NCBI GenBank assembly: GCA_964016885.1
Contig: OZ024742.1
Location: 152,458,001-152,522,000, forward strand
DNA: 64,000 nt
Source: Eledone cirrhosa
Lineage: Eukaryota
Direction of reading: 5' to 3'
The notes beneath the pieces are model-generated. The model saw nothing but the letters and a program-made list of their open reading frames with translations. It had not been told where the DNA came from and did no database searches. Position 1 is the first letter of the stretch; the number at the start of each line of letters is the position of its first letter. The position numbers and the translations under genes were made by a program. Shown here piece by piece: positions 1 through 12,720 of the stretch.

Positions 1-3000
1 ACTGCTGAAAATACGGACAGTGTCAACAAGCACATCCAACTCCTTCTCACTCTTCCCGAATAGCTTAAGATCGTCCATGAAGAGGAGGTGATTGATGGTA
101 AGCTCTCCCCTTCCCAACTTGTATCTTGCTCTCAATCTTCGCTGCATAATGGTCAGGGGCATCAGGGCAAGGACAAACAACGCTTCCCAAGGATTCTCCA
201 GTTGATGTCAACTCTGTTTCCCAGGACCTCATACTCCTGCCCAGCAACTGTCTGATGTTATCTGCCACCTTGAAGATCTCCAGGCTTTTGGTGATCCAAG
301 AATGAGGCACCATGTCAAATGCCTTTCTGTAGTCTATCCATCCCATGGCAAGATCAGTGTGTCTCCTCCTGCAATTCCCCATTACCATCTTATCAATAAG
401 TAACTGGTCCTTTGTACCACGTGACTTCTTTCGGCATCCTTTCTGTTCGTCCGGTAACAAGTTGCTTGTGTGGAGGTGATGGTAGATTTCCTCAGACACA
501 ATGCTCGTCAACAGTTTCCACATTACGGACAGACATGTGATAGGTCTATAGTTGGTAACATCATTACCCTTGATTCGGTCTTTTATTATCAGAACTGTGG
601 TACCTTTTGTCAACCACTCTGGTACCTCACCTGACATCAAGCAGTCATTGAACATGGCTGTCAGTTTCGGGTGGAGGGATGTTATATTTTTAATCCAATA
701 ACCCTGCACACCATCTGGGCCTGGTGATTTCTAGTTGGTTAGTACTTTGGCCTGCCCCTTAAGAGTTTCAACTGTGATACTCAAATCAGTTTGTTGGTGT
801 GCCTGCTCACCGATCTCCCTCTGTACTCTCTCAATCCACCCTGCCTGGTCATTATGTCTAACATCCTGCTCCCATATTCCTCTCCAGAATGTTTTAGTTT
901 GTTCCGCCTCAGGGATCAAGTCGTTGCCTTTTTCTTTCCCCTCAAACTGTCCAAACAGCATCTTCTGGTTGTTGTCGAACATGCGGTTCTGTTTATACTG
1001 ACTGACTCTGTTCTCGTATCGCCTGATTTTTGCACTCTTTGCTACAATGCGTTGCTTCAGTTCCTCTATGATAATATTTAGCTTTTTCCTCCTAGTTTTG
1101 TACTTTATTTCCAGTCTATTTTTAGTGCCTATGTTTTTTAGTGTCCCATTCAGTAGTGACTCAAGCTTTCCAATGTCATTCTCATTTCCCTGATTTGACC
1201 ACTCAGTCGTTTCTTCCACCAAGGCTCTGCTCTTTCTTGTCTGTTGTTTCCTCTCGCTTTTATACCAAGTAGTTTCCTCACCGTATTTGCTGTTGCTTTG
1301 AGGTTATTGTTGCATTGGTGAAGGCTCCTCGCCTCAAGGTATGGGATGACTTTGTTTACCTTAGCTGTTGTTTCTTTTAACTTTTTCCTGTCTACAAATC
1401 TTAGGTTCATAGGTCACCCACTATCATTGTTCAAATCATCTACCACTAAATTTAGGATGTCAACCGAATCTCGTCCTAGCCCGTCAGCATTCATCTCCTC
1501 AGTGGCCGTATCTCTGTTCCAGGTATTATTTATCTCAGTATTCAGATCATTGTCTGCTTCGGGTGGTTCCTCCGTTCTCTCGACCTCTTCACCTTTATTT
1601 CCCACTGGCTCGTTTGCCTGGCATACTCCACCCTCCAACTCCAAGCTAATCTCTCTGCTCAGTTCCTCCAGTTCCAGCTCGCTTATCCACCCATTAGTTC
1701 TTATTACCCGAGCCTGCCCGGCCAATTTTTGTTCATCTAATTTAAATAGACCAATCTCGTTCCAGATGTTATGCATCCGTCTCCTATAGCCCCTCTCCTT
1801 GGGGTTACTTTTCAGGTAACATTGCATAACAGTTCTATTCAATTCTTTCGTCCAGTTGGTTCTGGTCCCTTTCCTTCTTCTTCTTCCTCCGACACCAGCA
1901 GTATTTGGTTGACAGCCAGGTTCCTGCTGCTGAGCCAGGGAGCACCTGTTGGGTGAGACTCTGTCACATGACGTTCTAGTCTCCATTTCACCGTTATTCG
2001 AACTGTTTAGGTTCGATATTTAAACACTCTTATCGAGGATTGGCGAATGTATGGTTACATAACCATCAGTGGATTCACCGTCTCCGGTGGATTCACCGTC
2101 TCCGGCTGTTGCGCCGTTCCACTTGGCTCTTGTGTGGCATTATCACCACGCTGTAGACGAACACAAATAAACAAACAACACACAGGCAGAAAAAACCTCA
2201 AAAATGAATAAGCATAAGTTTCATTGTACTGTAGTGTTCGAATGTCAGACTTAGTTTTCCCTTCTCTTCTCTGTCCGTCCGCTTGTTTCTCTCTTCATTC
2301 TTATTTTCTTTACCGTTTTTTTTTTGTTTTTTTTTTGTTTTTTGTTTTTGTTTTTCTGTTTGTTTTTCTCTTTTTTTGCTGTTGTTGCTGTGCTGTCTTG
2401 GATTTGATGTTTGTTTTTTTCTTTTTTCTTTTGAGTCTATCTATATATGTTGATGCCTTCCTCGTTTTTAGTAGGAATTCTATAAGTGGTGGCAGCAACC
2501 AGCAGGAAGCAATGGAAGAGAATAGCGGCGGTAGCGATACTGAGACAGTGGTGGTGGTGATGCCGATACTGAGGCAGTGGTGATGGTGATGTGATCGAAT
2601 TACTGTAGTGATGGTGTTGTAGCGGTGGTAGCAATGGAGGAGTGGTGGCGGCGGTGATGGGATAGTGGTAGTAATGATGGCAGTGGTGGTGGTGATGTTG
2701 TCGTATTACTGTAGTGATGGTGTTGTAGCGGTGGTAGCAATGAAGGAGTGGTGGCGGCGGTGATGGGATAGTGGTAGTAATGATGGATGGGAGGCGTTGT
2801 CGTTACTGATGTCCGTTCGGTGAATCTATGGGGTTAGTCGCGTATATGTGTTGACATAAATTCCCTTAATGTTGGGATTAAACATTTTTTTAAAACTTGG
2901 GACAATAATAATAGTATTTATTATTATCATTATTATATTGAGATTGGTTGTGGTGGTTGTGAAATTGCCGTTATCTGGCTGTTGTGTTTAGTGTACACAG

Positions 3001-3342
3001 AGAGGTGATGGGGTAGGTGGTGTATCTAGTTTCTGGTGTTGGTGAGATTGGTGTTGTTTGGCTGTTCTATATAGTGTAGACAGAGGAGGGGAGCTCTTCT
3101 TCTTCCATTTATAGCCATTTTCTTTTTTGAATATACAGTGTACAATACAAAGTTGAATATTTGAATATTTGAGCCTTATAACAATATATTTTGTGTCCGA
3201 ATATTTTTGGAGCTCAAGCCGGATGCTTTACGTAGCATTTGTACTAAGAGTTGTTATTTCACAAATGATTTAAATATGTTAAAAATTCAAAACTTACGGG
3301 AGCGATTTCATGACCTTCTACCACCTCGTGCGTCTTCTTCCC

Positions 3343-3343
<1 letters not shown>
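1..3343 (-). mobile_element. R4/Dong-clade non-LTR retrotransposon, family 1 copy A (5' part; runs off the left edge; frameshifted)
   Basis: ORF pieces 1986-1414, 1410-1150, 1222-731 and 709-65 carry RT motifs NYRPITCL, EQKGCR and [13 protein letters not shown]. Near-identical to 22921-27480. The long 5' region starts at GGGAAGAAGACGCACG directly after (TAA)n. A ~46-bp deletion near 180 removes IFQGDSLSP. Confidence 0.85.
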
Positions 3344-3441
<98 letters not shown>

Positions 3442-3442
3442 C
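3344..3442. repeat. (TTA)n microsatellite between the head-to-head Dong and Tx1 5' ends
   Basis: About 33 TTA units read directly. Confidence 0.98.
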
Positions 3443-3823
3443 ATTGGCGACCTACGTAGTAAATCGTATCATCGTGAGCTGCACAAAGGTTTGTTATTTT
3501 CAGTTGTTTAACATTGCCATTTATGGAATATTTTTATTGTTAACTGTATATAAGTGCACATACAATGATTTCTGAAAAGGACACTCAAAAATATTGGGGC
3601 CTTGAGCCCAAAATTTAAACTTTTTATAATTATCAAACAAAAAATTTTCTTTGAAAAATCATTGCTGACTCAGAGTCACTCCTTCCTTACAATCTAGCAC
3701 CTCACACCGACACCACCATTGTAAATATTGCTACGTTTGCCAACACTGGAAATGTAAGCAGTAGAAATATTTTAAATGTGTCTCAGGCAGACGTTCATTT
3801 CCCGCCATTACCAATGACTGCAG

Positions 3824-5598
3824 GTGTTAAAGCCGCCACCACCACCACCACCGCGACAACCCCACACCCACGACCACAGCGACAACAGAAACAAAAGAAA
3901 AAATAAATTAACTCGTGATATCGAAATGAATTCAATCAAAATGAACTCTTCCACACCGAACACCACTGACGCCACCACCACCACAACTGAAACTAAAATT
4001 AACAATAGCAAAAATAACGATAATAACAACAGCAACAATGAAATTAAGAAAACTACCCTGCGTTTTGCCAGAGTAGCAAAAACGTGCGAAGCGATCCAGG
4101 TAACTCAGGAAGAATTAGACGAAGCCAAAGGAATGGTAAAGAAAGATGGGTACAGTGTCAGCCCCAATCCTAATAAAATGGAGCAACGTCGCCTATGCAC
4201 CGTGTCTTATCGGACAATTAACATAAAATGGCGCCGAGTGGGACGGGCATCCGAGTCCCAAATCCCAAACTTTGGGACATGTGTGGGCAAAAAAACCCCA
4301 CATCAGACGTGGGCAGAAGTATGGAACCGTGGACGTGTTCATTGAAACACCACAGGAGACCAGAGTACACTCCATGGCCCCATTAAGAAGTGACAACTTC
4401 ACATTCGTCCCAAGCTATTGTGGCCAAAGACTTGTGAAGATCAAGGTGACCCACGTTCCACCGGCCATCGAAATTCCCTGGCTAATGGCTGCCGTCCTCG
4501 CCGGCATCGAGGCCAACACCAAAATAATAGAAATAGCAAAAGAAAAGCAGGGGAATGGTCCGGATGTGGGATGGAGCCCCTGATCCAAGCGGACCATAAA
4601 AGCATTGAGATCCCAGAGGTAATAAACCTCACTGACGGCAGCCACCTCACCGTAATCGTCGAGGGCAGAAGACCTAGGTGTGTCGTTTGTGGTGAAGGAA
4701 CCAACCTAAGGTCTTTCTGCCCTCAGGCTAAAAGGTTGAGGCCGCCTCTCTTACCCACCCCAGTGACTCAACCATCAACACCACCAGCAGCAGAAACGGC
4801 AGCAACAACTGTAGCAGCAACAACCTAAGCAACTATAACAGCAACAACCCCAAACAACAGTAGCAAAACCAACACCACCACCACCACCCAACGCGCCAGA
4901 ACTAGCACCAGCGCCTACACCATCCATCACGCCACAACCAAAACCAACGCCTGTGGATGATTTTCCACTCCCCGGCTTATCGCAACTGGAGACAGATTGT
5001 GACGACGAGGAGTGGGAAACAGTATCAGGAAAAAAGAAAAAAAGAAACCAAAAAAGAAAAAAATTTCTCTTCCTCCTCCAAAAACAAAATACAGAGGGAA
5101 ACAAATAAATTATCAAACAAAAAAGTTAAGACAGATATGCCACCATCCACACCAGCATCACCATCCCCATCACCACAAACACCAACACCATCACCATCAT
5201 TAACCCCAACACCACCATCACCAACACCACAAAAGTCACCAAAAAGCGTATCAGAAACAAACCCACAACAAACACAAACAAAACAAAACAACCAAAACGA
5301 TACACACTACACAGCATTAAATTTGAACAACAAACAATTGTTACACTACATGCAACACAACACCAGCATCACAGAAAAAGACTACACAACAACCCAAAAG
5401 TTCACACCACATCCACACATACAAATCACTCGCATCACACAGAAAACGTACACGACACTAAAACAAAAATTCCCCAAAGACATCGGAGACTTCCGACAAA
5501 CACTCTCCAGGAGGATTTATAAGGACATCCTTCCAGAGGAGGCCACAAGCATTGAAAAGGATGGACAGACCATCCTTCCTCTACGAGAACTAAGGTAA
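3824..5598 (+). pseudogene. Tx1 ORF1 (gag-like nucleic-acid-binding protein), frameshifted
   Basis: Pieces 3824-4345, 4272-4583, 4418-4828 and 4957-5598; degenerate knuckle VEGRRPRCVVCGEGTNLRSFCP; Pro/Thr/Lys-rich linker; homologous to the ORF1 at 14-16 kb. Confidence 0.75.
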
Positions 5599-5632
5599 GT
5601 TGTCCTTCCCATCTTTTCCACTCCATTTGAAC

Positions 5633-8600
5633 ATGACCTCACTCAGAATAGGCAGCATAAATGCGCGTAGCTTGGGGTCGTCATGGAATCAGGTCCACCT
5701 GCTCAACGACCTCAGGTCACTAAACATTGATGTAGTGGCCATCGGCGAGACCAGAATCTCCGAACCACGGGCCTTCGCACCGATCTTCGGCGGCTACGAT
5801 GTGTACGCATCTCCCAGCCGTCCGGGATCGGGGGGAGGAGTTGCTGTGCTTTTTCGGAGAGGTTTGGATCTCGCCATACAGGCCATCTTCCTGGACCCAG
5901 AGGGTAAGTTGGTGGTGCTAGAAGCGACCAGCGGAGACGGGCAAGCTTTCAAGCTAGTGGCCGTCTATGCCCCGACAGGAGCAGGGCGGCCTGATTTCTT
6001 CCGGCGTCTGGCGACCTTTTTTGGAACGTGCCGCTCTTTAGTGTTAGTGGGCGACTGGAACGGGATCTTAGATGCACGCTGGGACTGTGTGGGATTAGCG
6101 GATAGGAGAGGAGGGCGCAAGATCCTCACCAACCTGCTCAGGCGTTTTGAACTGTCTGACAGGTACCGATTGGAATTCCCGAATGTGCCAATGTGGACTT
6201 GGACAAACCGTATCGGGTCATCAAGATCATATCTAGATAGAGTATTTTGTAGGGAAATAGATATGTCTAGCATAGGCTCTCCACAATTCAAGATAGTCAG
6301 TGTGCTTGACTTAGATAGGCTTCATAGACGAAGACCCAGCTACTGGAAGCTAAACGCGTCCTTACTAGCGCGCAAGGCCTTCAGAGACCGGATTAGCGAA
6401 CTAGTTAAGCGGGCGTTGACGGGGGCCATCGTCAACAACAAGTGGTGGTTTGCTCTGAAAAGAGCAATTAGAATAGAGTCCATTAGGTTTAGTAAGGCTT
6501 TAGCAATAGAGAAAAATAGAGCAGAGGGACGACTAATTAGAAAATTAGACGAGGCGCTTAGCAAAGGCATCGCGACCGACGTACTTGCGGCGAAATTGGC
6601 CCTTGACCAATTCTTCAATGCAAAGCACGAAGGGTACGTTGTCAGAGCTAGGGTGCGTGCTCTCAGCCACGATGGGACGAAAGCCGTTTAATGCGCCCGA
6701 GTGGCGGAGGCGCGTCGTGGCAACAAATCCACGATCCGGTCTTTGGTGTACCACGATGGTCGCATGCTACTCGATCCCGGGTAAATGTGTGAAGCTTTTC
6801 AGCGACACTTCTCTCAGCTGTTCGAGGGCAGTGGCGGGCCGGATCGAGTGGTGGACTTTAGTGTCTACCTAAACGGACTGCCGTGGCTCTCGTCCACTGA
6901 GGCGGAGTGTTGCGAAAAGCCTATAACAGCAGCTGAAGTACGGGAGGCAATGACTGGCTGCACAAGGGGTAAATCGCCTGGTTTGGATGGTCTGCCTTAT
7001 GAAATTTACGTACAGATGCCAGACTTGTTCGGAGGCCTCTTGGCGGACGTCTACTGTAACTGGCAACAGAACGGGAGAATTCCCAGCTCTGTGAGCCGAG
7101 GAGCGGTGGCGCTGCCAAGAAAGGATCCAAACAAGGAGGATAACATAGATAATTTCAGGCCCATAACTCTGCTAAATACAGAGTTCAATATTTTGGCCAA
7201 GGTGGTAGCAAAGAAGTTGGCGCGTGTCGTTGGTGGTCTGGTGGGAGAGGCGCAGACATGCGCCATTCCCGACAGATCCATCCACGAAAAACCTCCACCT
7301 CATGCGATATATCGTGTAGAGGGTAGCTAGGGAACCTGGCACGGGTGGGTCCTTGATCAATTTAGATCAGTCGAAAGTTTTCGATAGGGTCGTCCATCGT
7401 TACCTAGCGGTAGTCCTGAGGGCGGCTGGCTTTGGGCCCGTCTTCAGAGGCTGGATCGCTGCCATGCACACGACATATGCTCTGTGGTGAAAGTGACCGG
7501 TCACTTTCGGAATCGTTCAACATCATGCACTCGGTCCGCCAAGGATGTCCCCTGTCAGCCCTCTTGTACGTATTGACTCTCGAGCATTACTGCACAAACT
7601 GCAGACGTTGAGGTGGATACCGCGAGAACTAGGATGCGGAAGATCCGTGTCAGCACATGCGGACGATGTCACTGTAGTGGTGTCGAACGCCAAACACATT
7701 GAGGCGATCGGCACTACACTAAGAGAATACGAAGCGGTGACAGGAGCAATGATCAAACAGGAAAAGTCAGTGGGCCTGCAGCTCGGCACCTGGAGAGGCA
7801 GGTCCACGACGTCCAACAGCGTCGTCAGGCGCTGGACGGACAGACCGGTTAAATTGCTAGGGGTTCGCTCCGGACTTCCAGACAAACAAAAAATGGGACG
7901 AGGTGACGAGCAAGGTGGCTTCTCTCACCCAGAAATGTGCGGAGAGGAAGCAATCTGTGAAAGGTCGAGCGGAGGTGGCTAACGCGTACATCGCGTCCGT
8001 CATCTACTACCGCCTGACCGTCGTACCTTGTCCTAAGCCCCGCCTGTCTGCGTTGGAGCGTTTGCTTTTTCGCTTTTTGTGGAAGGGACGCGCTCCGATG
8101 GTCAGGCGGTCCGCTTGCTGTCAACACCCTCTACGTGGAGGGCTGGGCTTGCTGTGGCTGAAGTTGCGCAGACACGCACTCACGCTACGACATCTCCACC
8201 TCTTCCTCGACGGTGATCAGGTGTAGTCGCCGTTTGCTAGACACGTCTTTCCCCAGCTCGTCTCCTTGACGGAGCTGCAGTCCTGGGTCAAGCGAAGACC
8301 GAGAGGGAGCGCTTGGAGACTGGAATGTCTTCAGGCGCTCACAGCCCTCGACCAATCGGGCAATGTGATCGGTTGAAACTCCATCTTGGCGTTCTATAGA
8401 GGATTAGTAGAGGGGAAGAGCGACGACGTACTTGGAGAAACTCAAGGCGTCGACGAAAATCAACTAGTCAATCTCTTCGGAAGGACTTTCGGGCCGGGGC
8501 CTATGGACAACTTCCAGAAATCCCTGGCCTGGCAGTGCTACCGAGAAGCTTTGCCAGTTCGGGATAAACTCTCCATGCATGGAGGTGCCGTCAGCCGGGC

Positions 8601-9021
8601 ATGTCCGAGATGCGCGCAGGGCAACGAAACCGTGCTGCACGCACTCCTCATTCAGTGTCCGAGCATTGCTGACTTGTGGGTTTATGTCGAACGCCTGCTG
8701 TCACGTATAGGACGGGTCCGGCTATGAGCTGAGTCCATCGTGAGGAATGCCCCGCCCTCTTCCTTTAGCCGGGAAGGTCAGGCAGTTTTTATCTGTCTGG
8801 TGGCTATGGCGAAAGAGATAGTATGGTGGACACGTTTGAAAGGGCTGAAGACGAGCACTTACTTCTTCGGTGATGCCCTGATTAACTTTTTCAAATTTCA
8901 TTTGAAATGGAAAATCAGGGTAGAGAGGGAAGTGTTCTCTTCCCAGCATTTTGTTGAAAGATGGGTGAGAGAAGCAAGAATGGCACGAGTGAATGGGTCT
9001 ACTCTGAGTATGTGTCTGTAA
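5633..9021 (+). pseudogene. Tx1 ORF2 (APE endonuclease + reverse transcriptase), multiple stops/frameshifts
   Basis: ATG at 5633; ORF pieces 5600-6691, 6785-7330, 7545-7982, 7903-8226, 8386-8727 and 8740-9021 are collinear with the L1/Tx1 ORF2 domain order. Confidence 0.88.
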
Positions 9022-9289
9022 ATTAAAAGTGGAACACAGGGAGAGGGCACTTGCCCTGGTAGTCAGGGTCACTGTGGCTTTTTAATGGGCTTTCTCCACA
9101 AATGTCTCTCCTAAGTCTCCCCCCTAATGCGGAATTTTTCATTGTTATTTTTTTGTTACATCCTCTATTTTTTACATGGAGAAATGCCCATTTGTACCGT
9201 CATGTATTGTCCTGTACTGTCCTTAATGTCTACTTTATGTAAACACTTGTGGTTAATAAAGAAAGCATTATTATTATTATTATTATTAT

Positions 9290-10582
9290 TGTTCTTTGAG
9301 TCTCAGTCATTAATGTTATTTCACTGGACTGGAAAGTTGTTGAAATGAATATCAAGCAACAGCCTCCGATATTCAGGACATATCAGAGCGTTCTTGCTGT
9401 TCCCAGCAAACATGCCTTTTGAAGTGTTCCAAAAAGCGGGGCTGGACTAATTTTCTTTAACCATCCTTGGAAATTCTTTGAGATAGTGCCTAGTGCGCCT
9501 ATGACAATCGGGACCACTTTGACCTCATGGCAGTTCCAAATCCTTTTTATACCCCACTTTAAGTCCTGGTATTGGTTAATTTTCTCCCTCTCCTTCTCTT
9601 GCACTCTCGTGTCAAATGGGCAGGCACATCTATAATCAGACACGATATTTTTTCCTTGTCTAAAACCACCAGGTGAGGTCTATTGTGTTCCAGTTTCTTG
9701 TCCGTCTGTATCCTAAGATCCCACAGCACCTCCACCTGATCGTTTTCAATCACCGACTCTGGCTTATGCTCATACCACTTCTCAGAATGTGGTAAATTGT
9801 TTACTTTGCATAGATGCCAGTGGATCACCCGGCCCATCATGTCTCCAGCCATTATAGTAAGTCTGGGCTACGTGTTTACACTCGGATACAATGTGATCCA
9901 CAGTCTCCTCTCTCTCTCAACAGATCCTACATAATGGGCTAGCCTACTCCTTGTAAATATGGTGTTTCATCCATTTCGTTCTGAAGGCCTGCTCTTGCGC
10001 AGCCATTAGCATTCCTTCTGTAGCCTTTTTAAGGTCTCCTCTATTTAACCAGTTGCATGTCTGTGGATCTCTAAATTCAGTTTTCTCAAAGAAGCTACTA
10101 TGAAGGGAGTTTTCATGAAGGTTGCTCTTGCTCCTTGATGTTATTTCCACCTTGGACATCCCCTGGTCTATTGTCCTCTCCTTCAGTACAATTCTGAGCA
10201 TTGGCTCCCTACTGTCAGTCAAGTATTTGTGCAGGTTGTTTTTCTCCACCTAAACACTGTCCTCTATGCTGATAAGACCTCTTCCACCTCCACATCTCTT
10301 TAAGTAGAGTCTATCGACATCACGCCTCTTGTAGAACATGTTGTAGATAGTCAATAGCTTCCTCGTCTTCCTATCCATTTCTTTTTGTTCAGCAACATTC
10401 TATTTCAGAATTCCCGCACTGTACCTAATAATAGACACAGCTCGGAAATTCACTGCACTTATGACATTCCTAATATTTAATACGCAACTTACTCTTCTAA
10501 TGTACTCAGATCTTATCGATTCCTTCATTTTTTTTGTTGATGTCTTCTGCCTCCAGAACACCTAAATATTTGTATCCTTCTT
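9290..10582 (-). mobile_element. R4/Dong family 1, 5'-truncated 3' fragment (CCHC + REL endonuclease)
   Basis: LKKATEGMLMAAQEQA, VLWDLRIQTDKKLEHNRPHL, VPIVIGALG and LQKACLLGTARTL; flanked by (TTA)n at 9268-9289 and 10583-10603. Confidence 0.85.
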
Positions 10583-11845
10583 TATTATTATTATTATTAT
10601 TATTCCTTCCTTATCCTTTCCCTCATTGTCGAGTGCTTGATTCCGTCTCCTTTACAAACACCTAGATATTTGTAAGTTTCCTCTTGATCAAGTGCTCTTA
10701 TCACATTACCCTGATCAAGATTAATGTCTGAACTTTTCAGCAGCTTTCCTCTGATGAACGTTGCTTTGGCGCATATATCTAGTCCAAACTCCATTTTAAT
10801 ATCATCACTGAACTGCTCCACAGTGGATAATAGCCCTTGCAATTGTTCAGAATTTTTTGCAAATAGTTTCAGGTCATCCATGTAAAACAAGTGATTAATG
10901 GTTTTGTCATAGACTTTATATCCATGTTTTGTTTCATTGAGCATTTTACTTAATGGTATAAGTGCGATGCAGAATAAAAGCGGTGATAAAGAGTCACCCT
11001 GAAAAATTCCACAATTAATATTAACTTCTCCAGCTTCCAGTGATTTTTTTTCACTATTCAAAAGGAGTGTCGTTTTCCATGTCTTCATACTGATTGACAG
11101 GAACCTCCTGACAACGGGAGATATTTTGAAAATCTCTAAACGGTTTTCAATCCGACTGTGTGCCAAACTATCGAATGCTTTTTTATAATCTATCCAAGCA
11201 ATTGATAGATTTTTGTGTCTATTATGACAATCTTCCAGTATCATTTTGTTAATCAAAAGCTGATCGTTACATCCATATGAGCCTCGTTTACACCCTATCT
11301 GCTCATTGGGAAATAGATCATTTGTTATCAGGTGGTCATATGTAAATTCAGTTAGGACTGATGTTAAAACTTTATACATCGTGGCCAAGCAAGATATTTG
11401 GTCTGTAATTTTTGGCATTGTTTGTCTCATCATTCTTCGAAAGTAGGAATTTAATGGCGTTAACTAGCCATGATGCTATCTTTTCTGGCTCCTTAACTAT
11501 TTCATTGTAAAATTTGGCTAACAGCTCATGAGACTCTGTGAAGGCATTTATCCACAAATTTGGTATTTTGTCTTTTCCTGGGGATTTCCATTTGCTGGTT
11601 TTTCTAAGAGACAAACGCAACTGTTCAACTGTTATATTTTCCCATGTTTGTTCCTCAAGGTGAGCTATATCTTTCATTTGTCTGTCTATCCATGGGGCAT
11701 GTACATTATGAACCTATTCTTCGGCTCAGATCTTTTTCCAGAATTCTTGCACTTTCTCCTTGGGTGGTATTGATTTGGCAGTTATTGCTGACTTGCCAAT
11801 CTTTCTATAGAAGTTTCTTCAGTTATTTTTGAACGCATTATTGTC

Positions 11846-11894
11846 ACCAGTAATGCACTGGGTAATTGCTGGCCTTGTGCCTAAAGTAGAAACA
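11846..11894 (+). mobile_element. 49-bp 3' stub of the SINE with a 9-bp target-site duplication
   Basis: Identical to the SINE tail at ~27627-27675; flanked by ATTATTGTC at 11837-11845 and 11895-11903. Confidence 0.85.
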
Positions 11895-12017
11895 ATTATT
11901 GTCCTTATAGAATCTAGAGCGTTTTTCAAAGCGCCTTATACGAGCAGCTTTGGCCGAAACATTTTGCTTGATTGTTTCTATCAGCATGTCTATGGTTCTT
12001 GTTGATTTTATATAACC

Positions 12018-12720
12018 TACTTGCAGCAGTACCCAGCGTTGCCTGGGTAGGTAAAATAATATCTGCTTTGATGAAAAGGTGTTGATCTTAGCTACTGCTT
12101 CTCGATGACTCACATATGGCCACACACAGGCCATGCGCGAGACGGTGGTGATGACCTCTATCACTGAGAAACGCGGGTGACTTACGAATGGGGCATGCTG
12201 GGGGAGAGAAGGAAATGACATCTAACACGAAGACAAATTTCCTCACGCTAATTGATTGGAAACCGATGAATTCTCAAATACACAACTAAAAGCTCAGACG
12301 ACGTCAGTGGCCATCGTTTTGCCTTTGACTATCTATAAGATGTGCAATGATATCGTAGTATAAAAGTTGAACCAAATAAATTGAATTATTTGTGAGGTGG
12401 AGCCGAAGTTTCGAATTTGAACGAAATCGGTTGAACAATGTGGGCGCTAGAGTCGAAAAGGCGGAAATGTGAGCGAAAGGGTGGTATTTTCGAATATTTA
12501 AGCGACTGCCACGCCGTTCCTGAACAGAAAATTCAAAATGTAAAGCCATTTCAAGACGTGAAATAATCAGATCTAGCAGAGTGTAAAATTTGAACAAAGT
12601 AGGTTGATTAATGTGGGAGCTAGAGCCAAAGAAGTGGATATTTGAGTCTAAAAGTGATATTTTTTAATATTTAAGCGGCTGCTACGCCGTCCCTGAACAA
12701 CAAATGCAAAATATAAAGCT
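12018..12720 (+). mobile_element. Possible Helentron/HINE (DINE-1-like) non-autonomous insertion
   Basis: Interrupts the Dong-2 ORF; starts with the subterminal hairpin GCAGTACCCAGCGTTGCCTGGGT; contains an AATTTGAACGAAATCGGTTGA-type core and two diverged ~175-bp repeats. The family assignment comes from motif resemblance only. Confidence 0.5.

Larger units (their letters stand above)
3443..9267 (+). mobile_element. Tx1-clade (L1 group) LINE copy 1, near full length, degenerate
   Basis: ORF1-like region, then APE endonuclease (SINARSL, VYAPT, GDWN, SYLDR), RT (KSPGLDG, NFRPITLLN, HADD) and a C-terminal CPRC..ETVLH zinc motif. The 3' UTR ends AATAAAGAAAGCA(TTA)n. The 5' boundary is approximate. 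Confidence 0.88.

Noticed and set aside
2020-2060. HDV-like ribozyme in the Dong family 1 leader (TCCTCG and GGCGAATG words)
   Set aside because: The two words lie on opposite strands and no nested double pseudoknot could be built.
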